Assembly (NCBI GenBank): GCA_002633005.1
Contig: NMRA01000176.1
Span: 131,794 to 195,793, forward strand
Direction: 5' to 3'
DNA length: 64,000 nt
DNA from: Phoronis australis
Taxonomy: Eukaryota; Animalia; Phoronida
The position numbers and the translations under genes are program-made. How positions within the stretch are numbered: the stretch's first letter is position 1; every line of letters starts with the position of its first letter. This document shows positions 29,001 through 41,188 of this stretch, in pieces. The notes under the pieces were generated by a model, which had not been told where the DNA came from, did not search any database, and saw only the letters and a program-made list of their open reading frames with translations.

Positions 29001-31413
29001 TCCTCCACAGTGAACAGGGTTAGTCATGAACTCGACAAATGTAGGTTATTTTGATTTACAGTTGTTTTACTTTGCAATTTCCTCATGGGTATTTCTTCAC
29101 ACATATTCAAGTCAGATTTTCTGTTGATCAAATATTCATGGAATGCATTGTAATATCAAATGAATGATAAGTTTGATTGCATGACCGCAATTTTTCCCAT
29201 GTCTTAAAACAAAAGACCGCAGAAATTTTCCTGACGAAATACCGGGTTTGCAGTTCTCTAAAAACATTCGAATGACAAGACTAACTCCACCACTGTCCGT
29301 GGCAACTCGTCGCATGTTTTTCGCCCATCGGTCCTATCATTGTTTTCCTTTGTTATGTCATTTTTGGATGTAAGAACACAGGTCGCATGGATATAGAACC
29401 TTGCGAACATCAGACCGTTGCCGATAAGTGCTCGTCATTATATCTTTATTATAACAACGCGAACAATGAAGATGCCAATCTATTGTTCTCTATGCGACCA
29501 GGTTTCCCGTGGATGACCACAGAAGAGGAATCCCAAAGTATCCACAAACAATGACCACGCACCTTAGTAACTATTACCGCGTACACGAATCCTTTCCGTG
29601 GAACCTAAACACCAATTTTTTTAATCCGTGTATTGTGTTATATTGCTCATGGTACGGGTTCAGACTCTGTTGTATTAAGATTCCAATCCCCAACCCTGTA
29701 ATATGTACATGTAGTTTGAGTAAAATTTCTAGACAATGCAGGTTTATGGATTTATTCTCCTTGAAATGAAGAGTGAAAATCAAATTCTGCAGTTTTTTTA
29801 AAAGTAATCACTTATTGGAAGATCACACATCTAAAAAATAAAACAATGTTTGACAATTTTATTCATTATCTTATTTGAAAATTGCCTACCTCACAGACAA
29901 CTCATCTAAGTTGAAAACATTCCTTGTGAAAAAATATAAAATACCAACTAGAGACTTGTGTACTATAAAATATGTTTTCGTAATACAATGCAAAAATAAC
30001 TGTACAGTCAAAAGTGCAAATGTTATGAGTCTAATAAAAAAATTGCCTTCCAGATCTTTTCAACACTCTAATTGCTACAGGACAGAGTCAACCACACAAA
30101 GCTCATAAAGTCAGGGAATTACATTTAAGGTGATGTAGTCTCATTGCGAAAACGTGATTTCGCAATATCGCTGACAACACTGGAAATCTCTTCTTCACAA
30201 ACTTGAGGTAGCTGTATTTACCACATCAATGTTCTTATCAAAACTAACCACCACAAAATGAAAAAATTGGCTTGTCGGTTCCAATTAGGCAGCATTTTAC
30301 AATAAAATGGTCATGAAAAAATACTTTTGTAACATGGTTTGCATTACAATTGCCCTACGATTACAGTTGTACATACACACTAGACCAGTAACAAAATTAC
30401 CCATGGGAACCATAAAATGGTCAATTCGCCAAAAAAACAANNNNNNNNNNNNNNNNNNNNNNNNNNNNNNNNNNNNNNNNNNNNNNNNNNNNNNNNNNNN
30501 NNNNNNNNNNNNNNNNNNNNNNNNNNNNNNNNNNNNNNNNNNNNNNNNNNNNNNNNNNNNNNNNNNNNNNNNNNNNNNNNNNNNNNNNNNNNNNNNNNNN
30601 NNNNNNNNNNNNNNNNNNNNNNNNNNNNNNNNNNNNNNNNNNNNNNNNNNNNNNNNNNNNNNNNNNNNNNNNNNNNNNNNNNNNNNNNNNNNNNNNNNNN
30701 NNNNNNNNNNNNNNNNNNNNNNNNNNNNNNNNNNNNNNNNNNNNNNNNNNNNNNNNNNNNNNNNNNNNNNNNNNNNNNNNNNNNNNNNNNNNNNNNNNNN
30801 NNNNNNNNNNNNNNNNNNNNNNNNNNNNNNNNNNNNNNNNNNNNNNNNNNNNNNNNNNNNNNNNNNNNNNNNNNNNNNNNNNNNNNNNNNNCCCCCCCCC
30901 TAAAATTCCCCCAGATTTCGTTTGGCAGTTCAGGGGTGCGAATGTCTAAAGTGCAAAATCCTGGCTAATACTCTGCCCTGCCCCCCCAACATAAAATCCA
31001 GGATCCGCCCCTGAACTCCCATTGAATAACACCCGTTATTCAGTGGTAGTAACTGGTTTGCAAATCAATTTTAAATCAGGGACCCCACTATCTCACTGCA
31101 TGACCATGGCCACGTGACCGTTGGTGGTGGAGTAGTAAAATAAGTGAGCCCCCCCCCCCCCCNCATGGTGGTCCGCCCAACAAACAACCGCACAGCGACC
31201 GCTGAGAGTGGCTGTGGTGACAACGTGACTGTGACTCGTTGCGTCCGACTCGATCAGTCTCCGTTGTGAGGGTGATACCGAGTTCATGGCGTTCTGTTGC
31301 TTCAGCGGCAGTGTTCTGCGCAGAAGCGAGGCAATTTGAAAGGCAGATTAGCTACATTTTACCAACTCACTGGTGAACTGTACATATTGACCTCCTTCCA
31401 GTACAGAGGCCAT
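20036..31413 (-). CDS. MTX2: Metaxin-2 (mitochondrial outer-membrane SAM-associated GST-fold protein); complete, 8 coding exons, about 261 aa
   Basis: Exons on minus: 31413-31371 ([20 protein letters not shown] donor), 27379(or 27382)-27212 ([44 protein letters not shown]), 26377-26301 ([16 protein letters not shown]), 24970-24878 ([23 protein letters not shown]), 23804-23766 (LYLSWCD), 22161-22036 ([15 protein letters not shown]), 21321-21245 ([15 protein letters not shown]), 20198-20036 ([23 protein letters not shown]). The lengths sum to 786 nt, in frame with no internal stop. Exon 1 is the least certain, assigned by length, phase and donor. Confidence 0.95.
22581..22688 (-). mobile_element. 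Degenerate tRNA-derived sequence (SINE head or tRNA pseudogene)
   Basis: Minus strand shows an A-box-like TGGTGTAGTGG and a B-box-like GGTTTCAAATCC at tRNA-like spacing, followed by the perfect palindrome gttatctcactagtgagataac. No clean cloverleaf. Confidence 0.4.
23229..23391. repeat. Near-perfect ~160-bp palindrome (hairpin-type non-autonomous element) in an MTX2 intron
   Basis: agtcgttatccccattatctagagcccgagtggatttt (from 23249) is the exact reverse complement of aaaatccactcgggctctagataatggggataacgact (to 23372). The arms continue inward with few mismatches to a loop of a few nt. Confidence 0.9.
30441..30891. other. Assembly gap (further gaps at 32707-33003 and 55693-55907)
   Basis: Runs of N. 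Confidence 0.99.
30892..31013 (+). mobile_element. Partial MITE of the CAGTGGCGGAT..ATCCGCCCCTG family
   Basis: tttggcagttcaggggtgcgaatgtcta..caaaatcctggcta..ggatccgcccctg is shared with 58084-58244 and, inverted, with 43870-43990. The left part is lost in the N gap. Confidence 0.75.
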
Positions 31414-31846
31414 TCCAGCCTGGAAAACAAGATTCCAGCTCTGAAATGTTCGTAAGCAACAGGAAGTTAGTCGTAATAGAATAGTTCTCTCGATAAAATG
31501 CATTCGAATATATCATATGTGGCCCCGAAAACCGAGAAAAGTTGTACCCCCTCCGAACGATGGCGCTCCGGTATAATTCTTCAACCAACAACATAAGATC
31601 AGTAAATTTGATCCTAGCAAATTTTAGTCAACTAAACTTAACTAAATCTGATGCACTGCGTGATCGAGAAAAGACAGAAATATACTGAAGTGCGTACATG
31701 TAGGTCAGCTGAGCCAATTTACAAAAGTGTCATGAATTAATTAGGTCATGGTTAACTGACGCGAAACGTGATCTCTACCGCCTAGTCCACATAATTAATG
31801 CACTTTTCTCTCGGGCGATGGAATAATTGCGGGATCCGCTCAAACT

Positions 31847-32013
31847 TGGGGCGGATCCAGGATTTCTTAACAGGGAGGGTCGGATCAAGGATTTTTTAAA
31901 CAGGAGCCTCCAAGTCAACAATTTGTAAATTCTAGATCTGATATCACAAAGGGAAAAGGGGGCCGGGACCGCTGAATCCAGAACTCGACCCTTTGAACCC
32001 CCTGGATCCGCTA
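31847..32013. mobile_element. GC-rich MITE
   Basis: TIR-like ends ggggcggatccagg ... cctggatccgctatg. Confidence 0.55.
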
Positions 32014-33011
32014 TGTCAAAATAATGCAGCCTAATTAAAAATTGGTGAAGTATACTTTCGATTGGTAAAAACAAGCCGCTATAGTTCGATCTAAAACGAT
32101 GAGCAGAGTCGATCGTAAACAAGACCAAAATAGACTATTGCCTAACTGCCGTCAGAAGTTGACGAGGTCAAAAAAAAAACGTTTCTGTAGAGCCGATTGC
32201 ATGGTTTTTACTTCGCAGTAAACATGATTGGCTCTGACTTGAGTATATTGGCAAATTAGTACCGTTTTACACTCCTAGTACCCGGTACTATAGCAAACAG
32301 ATTTCAGTTAGCTATAGAGTGTTATTGCCGTGTACCGGCGCCATCGTTTGAATACATGTACACAATCAACTGTAGGTCTGAATGTACACCAAACTGTCAG
32401 TGTACTGCACCCCCGTTACGAGCCTATGCGTTCACACCCGGCTTGCAGTTCACAAGAATATTTTAATGTCTTATCAAAGCGATGTAGAACATCCACTTAG
32501 CAACTAAATGGGAACCAAGATGCCAGTCTGAAAATCATGGGTGAAGTGGTTCTGCCGGCAAAAAACATGTTGTCCGTGTTCAAAATAAGGCTTAGTTCAT
32601 AGTCACACTGCTCTTCCAAAACGACCATTATTGCTTTCTTGTCATTATGATGTCAAAAGTGAAATTGGTGACAATAATTTGTTTAGACAAACATGTTAGT
32701 ATGCCTNNNNNNNNNNNNNNNNNNNNNNNNNNNNNNNNNNNNNNNNNNNNNNNNNNNNNNNNNNNNNNNNNNNNNNNNNNNNNNNNNNNNNNNNNNNNNN
32801 NNNNNNNNNNNNNNNNNNNNNNNNNNNNNNNNNNNNNNNNNNNNNNNNNNNNNNNNNNNNNNNNNNNNNNNNNNNNNNNNNNNNNNNNNNNNNNNNNNNN
32901 NNNNNNNNNNNNNNNNNNNNNNNNNNNNNNNNNNNNNNNNNNNNNNNNNNNNNNNNNNNNNNNNNNNNNNNNNNNNNNNNNNNNNNNNNNNNNNNNNNNN
33001 NNNGTGACATG

Positions 33012-33252
33012 CAGTGGCAGATCTACGATTTCAGTAAGGGGGGGGGGGGTTTAGGATTCGAAAGAATCCGAGGCGCGTAGCGCCGAGGAGAAGGAAGGTC
33101 GCGAGAGGGTTTCCCTCCTCCCGTGTAAGATTTTTTGGGATTTTTAGTAGCTAATTTCGTTTTTCTGGCGATTTTTTTTCCAGTTTTTATTTTTGATCCT
33201 GTCCCGAGGGGGGGTTTAAACCCCCTGAACCCCCCCTGTAGATCCGCCTCTG
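33012..33252. mobile_element. MITE with a perfect 5-bp target site duplication
   Basis: acatg|cagtggcagatctac ... gtagatccgcctctg|acatg: 15-bp imperfect TIR with ACATG duplicated on both sides. Confidence 0.85.
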
Positions 33253-33590
33253 ACATGTAACTCTGGACACAAACATCACTTAGTGAGTAAGAAAGAACAT
33301 GCGAGGCCATTTTTATGACAGTTCGGCCGAAAACCGGGTTAAAACCCGGCGTTTTAACAAAACCAGTCAAGAAACCCCGCTAAGGATGCGTGCATGTGGG
33401 GCTGCGCCGAATGCAATATGATTATCAGTTTCCGTGTCCATGGTTAGGCCATATACCTGTTTGCGAGTACATCAACAAATAAAAAAAATATGTTCAGGAG
33501 CATTTGACCCATGCATTTGTTTTTATGAGGTATTTTAAGAGTTCCAAGTAACTTCGTATTTTTGTGTTCGTTATAAGAGAACAAGTGCAG

Positions 33591-33741
33591 CCTCCCATTC
33601 AGTAACGCTAGGACTTTGCTAAAAAGCAAGACTTCGCGAGATTACGTGAGATATTGCCGTGCATTTTGAATAAGAACACGTGACTTTGAATAGGTATTAG
33701 CTAGGTCCTAGCGTTGGTCCTAGCGTCTACTGAACGCACGC
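33591..33741 (+). mobile_element. ~150-bp MITE, copy 1
   Basis: Closely similar to 41037-41188. ttcagtaacgctaggac ... gtcctagcgtctactgaa forms inverted ends, with CAG on both flanks. Confidence 0.75.
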
Positions 33742-34635
33742 CAGACTTTCGATCAGGGTTCAGTTAATTAAGACAAATTCGCTCTTGATCATACACCTAC
33801 ATGTACTACATACCCATACTAAGTCCGGAAATCAGTGGTCCAGTTAGGGTTATGGCGTTTCGAGAAAAGTGTCAAAATTATTTGACAGTGCACTTCGTAA
33901 CTTATTGTAATTCGGTCTCAGAAATTGGTGATCGAATTCAATTGAAATTTCAGATACTAATATTATTGCACTTTTCCCAAAAAATGAGAAATTGTTTTAA
34001 ACTTTCGCGTAAAAATATGACAGTTCCCTACTTTTTAAAATGCATGAGAATTCCTCCATAAGTGGGTAGTTACCCTATGCACTGTCGACTGGAAACCCCA
34101 GACACATCACCAAATGAAATAGTCTACTGTTTGTGAAATCGTAGCGATTCATCTATAATTTTGGGCAATTGTTGACAGATGTTTACGCCGACCTTACCCT
34201 AAACAAAGGTTCAACTCCGGTAGTTAGTAAGTATTGGTGCAGCTCGCGGTAAATTTGCACCCATGATTTGGACAAAGTGCAAAACCTTTAATTCCAGACT
34301 TAATTAATTAATAGTCACGTAACGCTAATACCACGTGTGTTTCCATTTGCCGTCAGCCAGTCACAAGCCTATCAACAACAGAAACTGTGCGGGTGGGAAA
34401 CTTTTGTTTATAATACCACGGTTGTTGCAATACCGTAAACAAGAAACTGTTATTGATGCCGAGACCAACTCAAACGAGCAATCCTGAAATTTTTCTTCGA
34501 CAACTACACCGCATTGCTGACATCATGGTCCATGCTGGCATGGAAATTTCTTTTCCCGCCACAACACTTAGTTGTTATTGTTTTGCGTTTACATAAGTCA
34601 TGTTGAGTAGCATGATTTATGTTTTGCCCCAGTGA

Positions 34636-34916
34636 CCAATCGTAGGCCGTTTCATTGACTGTTCTTGGCCAATCAGTGAATAGACGCTCACCAAATGTAC
34701 ACGTGCTCGTCTGGCCCACATCCGAAGCACTGTACTATACCTACTCGTATTTACTTAGACTTTTTTCTTATTTCACGTTAGTACACCCTAGAGTTGGAAA
34801 TTTTGTATCAAAATACCAGTTCCCAAACATTGACGTCTTAAAATTTTCATTTTTTCCAATGAGTTTTGTAAAAAGGAATACTTACTGATGAACTTTTTGG
34901 CGCGCACGAATATATA
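34636..34916 (+). promoter_or_regulatory. Putative promoter of the FRAT-like gene (two CCAAT boxes, E2F-like site, TATA-like box)
   Basis: CCAAT at 34636-34640 and 34669-34673, TTTGGCGCGC at 34896-34905, and TATATA at 34911-34916, about 115 nt before the ATG. Confidence 0.45.
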
Positions 34917-35029
34917 GACCTATTTCTCTGTTATGACACTGTAAACAGTTCATTGTGTCTACGATCATAACAACTCCATTCATTGTAGGAGTGTGGTTGT
35001 TGTTCAGTCTCATTTAAAATTCTGTCAAA

Positions 35030-35488
35030 ATGCCGATAATTACTGAGCAATACGAGTCTTCGGAGGGAAGATTCGATGGACACAGTATTAATGTTGGATG
35101 TGACATGGATAACTTGGTGCTAAAACTTGCAGAGAATCTGAAACTAAAGGCCGCGCGAAAACAACAAGCGTACGGAATCAACAACAGCCATGCCCATGGG
35201 CATGTTGCTTGTGACCGAGTGTCGAGTACAAGTTTGTCGGAAGATAGGCTACATAAAGTCCGGCATTCTAATGGCAATCTTAATAATAGGACTAATCCTA
35301 AGTGGACCAAGTATTTCAGAAAGAACACTCGCGTGACAGACACTCACAGACTTCTGCTAAAGTTACTCAGGGAAGGAACATTAATCAAGGCGGCGGTTGA
35401 CCGTTTGAAAAACAAAACGGATTGCGGAGAGTTCGAGAAGACCACAGCTTCACTCCTGTCTAATTATGACTCTGAAGGCGAAGTGTAA
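35030..35488 (+). CDS. FRAT: FRAT/GBP-family GSK-3-binding protein, single exon, 152 aa
   Basis: Uninterrupted ORF with an aaaATG start. C-terminal DTHRLLLKLLREGTLIKAAVDRL matches the FRAT GSK-3-binding motif (PHRLLQQLVLSGNLIKEAVRRL). N-terminal MDNLVLKLAENLKL matches FRAT/GBP domain I (VDRLVAQIGETLQL). It is intronless, like vertebrate FRAT1/2. Confidence 0.85.
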   Translation: MPIITEQYESSEGRFDGHSINVGCDMDNLVLKLAENLKLKAARKQQAYGINNSHAHGHVACDRVSSTSLSEDRLHKVRHSNGNLNNRTNPKWTKYFRKNTRVTDTHRLLLKLLREGTLIKAAVDRLKNKTDCGEFEKTTASLLSNYDSEGEV

Positions 35489-36105
35489 ATTTCATCGTGT
35501 TATTGTGATTATTCGGCAATGCATCCCCGTCTTACATTCCATCGTGAATGGCAGAAAAGTTGGACAGATTCCAAATTGATCGATTTGTTATTCGTCTCGC
35601 GCCCCATTGACCCGTTGTCTCACACCGGTTGACCCGATTTTAACCAGGTCACAGGCTGTAGTGTAAACAATGACTGGGGTGCAAAAAATCCATGGTGCTG
35701 TGATATCGCATGGACTGAATGTGAAATCCGCTAATATTTTCCGATTCAAGGGTGCATTATTGTTTTTCAAGGCGTGTCAACCAAAAAGAAATGTGGTGCG
35801 TGTGTAATACTCGGATTGACTTGAGCAAAAATTCTTTGCTTGAACTTGAAAGGAAGTGGGAGAACTGTTTCTGCATATGTGATATCGCTGTGGTGATATG
35901 ATTTGTGTTAAGTAATCTCAGTTACTTGTTGGGACAATTTCACCAATGTTGTTGTTATTATTTTTACATTCTTTTTGTACCGTTTGTCTGCAATTCTTGA
36001 TTGTATATCTGGAAACGATGTATTAATGAACAAATGTAAAAAAATTCAATTTGGACGTTTTATTCTTGCTCTAGCGCTCACCCCAGTGCCTGCATGGGCA
36101 CAAGT

Positions 36106-36538
36106 GCTCGGTTGCATGAAACAATCCCAAATAGGGACTCAGCTAAGGTGCCTAAATCTTTTTCGTAATTGTTTCGTTCTTTAGGCACAGATGTATTTTT
36201 TTCTATAATTTTATCTTTATCATGAGTTCTTCTTTAACTAATGACATTTTATAATAATATAACTAAAAACTGAGCCCTTAATTCATCAATCAAAACAGTT
36301 TGGGACATAGTCCTTAAATTGGGGGCGTTGCATGAAAAGATTCCTACTTATTTTCAATGATATTTAGAATTCAATTAAGATTTCACTCCTAATTTGTATC
36401 AAAGCCTAAAATTGGCGTAGCAATGATACACAAACGGCATAAGGTAGGACAAGCAGTGTTTTCACAAGCCCGCAGATCCGCAGTAGATTTAGAGACCTTA
36501 GTTGAGGCCCTATTTGGGACTGTTTCATGCAACTGGGC
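36106..36538. mobile_element. MITE with ~50-bp imperfect TIRs
   Basis: gttgcatgaaacaatcccaaatagggactcagctaagg..taaatct is inverted as agattta..ccttagttgaggccctatttgggactgtttcatgcaac. Confidence 0.75.
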
Positions 36539-39500
36539 AATGGCATCCCCAGTGCCAGATTATCCAAATTCTTAACCCGCACAACCACGGGGTCGTGCTG
36601 TAGCCAAAGGGCCTTCTTGAAAGATGTGTCGATGATCAATCAAGTGCGAAGTGAAAATTGTGAAGACTGGGTCAAGGGTTGGGGAAGGGCTCTTGACTGG
36701 GTCTTTGACAGGGTTGTAGCTCTGGATAATTGAGATATGCATTTTTTACTAAAAAAGTAGGGTGCATCCTTCAATGATCACCCATTGGGGAAGTTCCTGA
36801 AATACCGACACCCTTTTGTACACACAATCCTAAAACCTCACCGTTCCTTTGGTATTCTTGAATATCCCATGCCTAAAATAGTACAAGAAGAGACTCCTAT
36901 TGTCAAAGATAAGCATCTGAAGAGCCAAAATTTAGACATATTAACAATGTGGTGTAGTTGGAAGAGGGAACTATTTGTGAGGTTTCAAGCTCCGAAAATG
37001 AGTGCTTTTGTATAAAAAACAATCCTTAAATGCACCCTTCCGTTTGTAGTAAGATTTTCAGAAAATACACTCTTTCGAAGGTAATAAAATGGTGAGAAAC
37101 GCAGCCAAGAGTTACACGTTGCACGTATGAGCGTCCTGTACGGTAGTACACCCTCGTCCTGGTAGCTATTCCAAATATGTGACAAGCGGAGGCACGGCAG
37201 AGTAAGCTCTAATACTGTGACGACCACGGATGATCGCTATGGCTATGAGGGTGGCAGCAGTACCGACGGGGGTAGGAGTAGTGCGTAGAACCCTCACCTG
37301 TGACGATGTATTAGGGCTGCCACACTGCAGCGTATGAGCGCGAAGAAACCTGCATTGCACTGTAAATCTCGTTGGTTCAATACGTTTTGAGAGTCATTCT
37401 GATAGTGCCAACTTACAAGGTCATAAGTTGCCAAATCTGATGAGAGATTAGACATCACATCCGACGTTTTAGAGCCATAATTGCAGCACGCAGGGCGTGT
37501 ATTAGTCGTGAAGGAGTGATTTTCTAAAACTAATTTTAATTTTTTAAGACAGGCCGGGCTGTCACGGAAATGGTCTCAATATTTAATTGGGAGAAGGACT
37601 GTTTCAGCGAGATAACTATACACATGTATTTGCCGTTACTCGATTTGCAGGTTCCCCGGGACAACAAACGAAAACGAACGGTGTCTCAGTTTCAATCTCA
37701 GTTTCAATGCCTTCTCGATACACATGTAGGCATCAACTCGGTGCAATGTGCATAAAGAGCTTGCACAAACTGTAATTGTGTTGTTTCCTTCGCTTAGTTC
37801 AACCCTGGATAAACGAACAACAAAACGGGTTTACCAGTAATGAATGTTTTCTAATTTGTTTACCACAGCTTTCATCAAAACGTCTGTAGATTTACATTGT
37901 ACTCTGAACTTCTGATTTTCACAAACTTCGTATTCAAAAACTAAAAGAACACGGTGAACGATACCAGCTTTTCATTGTGTTTGCATTCGCCTGAGACAAC
38001 GGATCAACTGGCTACGCGCAGCGGAAAGTGCAAAAATTATTTAGATAAATATTTCTTAAATTCAGTGCACTTATCCCATGATCGTGAAACAGCTAAAATG
38101 TCAGTAGAAAGCCGGAGGTGGGGTAATGAAATCGTGGCGACCGCTTTAGGCGTTGGGCAGCGGGTACAGTTAAGAAATGAGAAACACAGTGAAACATGCA
38201 ACAGAAAATTTTTAACAGAAAATCCGCCAACTACCATCAATTGGCCTTGACCAGAACATTTTTGTCAGTACATGTCGTCAAAACGCACGTGAAAACATAC
38301 TCAGAACCATACTTCGAAGAAGTCCAATAATTTTTTTATGCATGAATTTTCCGGAGCAAATTAACCCAGACTTTTTAATTCAATGTGACAATTTAGGGAA
38401 GACATTCTACACTTATCCGGGGGTACCTCTATGGCAAGGGAACGGAGTCATCTGTTGCAAAACATGTATCTCATTGAGTTTTTGTTGAAATCTCGCATTT
38501 GTTTGTCTTGAACTAAATTGGCATCCATACGTAGAAGGGCCTTTTAAGGATAACCCCAGTTGCTGCTTGTTTCCTGTTTTTGAAACTATATACATGGAGC
38601 TTTTTTAAACTTACTGAAGGTGACTTTTGCCTTTTCTACTCTTGGAAGAGGGGCCCAACGATGGATTAAATTGAATTTCTTTTCCTATTTTTGTACAAAA
38701 AGGAATATAATGTCTTGGAGGGCCACCCAATGCCGTTCGTTTCAATTTTAATGATACAACCTCTCAAATCAAGGATCCCCTTTTCAGTTGGGGTCCTCTC
38801 TTGAAGGGACGGCTTGGGGAAAATTTTGCTACCCCCATTAATCTGGCTCTGTCAACTATTCACAAAGTGACGTAGATAAAATTTCAAATTGGTCGAAAAA
38901 AGCACACAATATGTTCTTCAGATTTTAAAAAAATCAATAGCAATAACGGCTATCTGAGGATTAGTTTGAAGAACTAGGGAAGACTATTATTTGCGAACCA
39001 TACAAAAGCAATATTGTTGATGGTTTCATGATTACAAACATGTTGAGTATTTTTTTTTCGGGGGAGCGGGGCGGAAACTGGTGGATCGGAACGAACACTG
39101 ACTGATCTGAATCTGTCGGACTCGTGACCGGCCGTCATGAATGAAGTCACCGACTGTGAGTGCTTTTCAAATTCTGCGCCATACTTGTGGATCATACTTT
39201 GGGACGCCGGGTAACGTTTACGGGGCCCACATTCACAAATGAAGGTTTGTTCACTCAAAGCACGTACTAAATAATGACCTGGTCCATTAATGTTAGATAA
39301 CAAGAAAATATACTAGATTCCAAAATGGCAACGCTCAATTTTTTATTTGATAAAAAAAGCATTTTGTAAAATTTAAATCCCTATATACCGTGTCCCATGA
39401 AATTTAAACAATTCTGCCATCCATTACCGTACGTATCTTTGTGTCCAGTCGTCACTCCTTTGAGACAATCACTCTAGTAATCCGCCTCATCTCAGCCAAG

Positions 39501-41036
39501 CTGTTTAAGATCATTTGTTGGAAAGCGAAATCCATCATAAGGCTTCGTTGCACTCTTGAGTTTGGACCAGTATGTGTGTTAGTTGTGTTGGCTGTGATTG
39601 GCATTTGAATGAACCATGTTCTAGTGTATACGCAACCCTGCTTGGTTCACCAACTATTTATATGATTGCAGTACCACTGTTGCACCCTAAATTAAAGAGA
39701 CGAAAACATTGTTCTGTTATCTCTTCCCTTTGCCACAATAATAGATTCGCTGTTGGAAAAGCGCGGCCACAGTCTTCCCACAGTCGTCGCGCGGCCGACT
39801 CGACACTATACAGAGGCTGTTGTCACGGTACTGTTGCCGATTCAGCCGCAATTTGTAAGGAATTGTTTAGTTAATTGAACCAAACTTTTGAACATTGACG
39901 AAGGTATAATGAGCATTGCTTTGTTTCAAACATTGTATAGTGTGCATTCAACATCTGTTGCATGAGGCAGCCATTACTTCTTAGTTTCCCAACAATTTTG
40001 AATGCTTCCTATCGACACGGTACTCGATTGTACCATATGGAGAGGCGTCTTTTGTTTGGCGATTAGGAAACAGAGAAAGAGCCAGTGATAGCACTGCATA
40101 CTCGGACTGAAGGAAAAGGCAATGGTAGGTGCAAACCATTTATGGCACTGTGGTCTATAAAAGCTGAACACGTCATTAAAATTTGAGCTTTCAGTCTTTG
40201 TGTGGTAAAATTGATTAGCGATCCCACTACAGAATTGAGGAGAAAGTAGCAATCGAAGTCTTTCGTATTTTGGCTACCGTCACCAGTGATAATAATAGAC
40301 TGGGAAAACCTATGTAACTACAAATCGCTTATCTGACCCCCAAAGATACCCGGCAGTCAGTTTTTAGGAGCAAGAACGCTTTTCACGATGCATATGCTTT
40401 TAACGGATCGTCATGCAAAGCGGGGTTGGTAGAGAGTTGAAGGTTTTCCATCGGTTGTCAAGAAGGATATTGAAATCCTGAAACGTAATGTTGGATGTGT
40501 CATTTTGCAGCGGCAAAGATCTGGTTATGGCGCTTTGTGAAAATACTCCGCTCTGTTTTGACGCTATTTGTCTTCGTCTCCGTCGTCAATGTTGAAAAGC
40601 AAGTGTTGAGAGGCTACGACACCAAAAAAACGTGGGATACAACCGAGTTGGTGATTTTTTTTTTGTTTTTAATAAAAGTAATGGAAATCACTGCAAAGAT
40701 CACACCAATCATTGTCTACTAAAGTCATTAACTTCAGTCGAGATTACATGAAAAACAGGGACGTGTTATGAAGCTGTGTTTGTTTACTGGTTGACAATTA
40801 TTTCCTTTAGAACTACATGCAAATGCCATTTCTTTAACTGAACCAGTGGAACTCCCGGCTTAAGTTTTCTGGCGAGTTTGGCGAGATAACGCAAAATCTC
40901 GCTGCCCATGCAGTGTTTCGCCAATACCTTTCCGACCTTAACTGCCAGCGTGCTCACATGCTGAAATCAGTGACTGGTTGACGCAAAAACCAATGTTTCC
41001 GTCAAGCGAGGTAAGATGGTGCGAAACGCAGATCAG

Positions 41037-41188
41037 TCTCCCGTTCAGTAACGCTAGGACCTCGCTAAAAAGCAAGACTTCGAAAGATTACGTGAATTAT
41101 TGTCGTGTATTTTAAATGAGAATACGTGACTTGGACTAGATTTTAGCTAGGTTCTAGCGTATAGGTCCTGGCTTCACTGAACGCACGC
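41037..41188 (+). mobile_element. ~150-bp MITE, copy 2
   Basis: Aligns end to end with 33591-33741. Confidence 0.75.

Noticed and set aside
30307-33054. Long ORFs of 100-200 aa in the ORF track
   Set aside because: They are artefacts of N runs translated as X.
35014-35343. 109-aa antisense ORF overlapping the FRAT-like gene
   Set aside because: A shadow ORF of the real coding strand with no recognisable motif.
37332-37348. 17-nt exact match (gtatgagcgcgaagaaa) to the THAP ORF start at 55350
   Set aside because: The similarity does not extend on either side, and one such match in 64 kb is compatible with chance.
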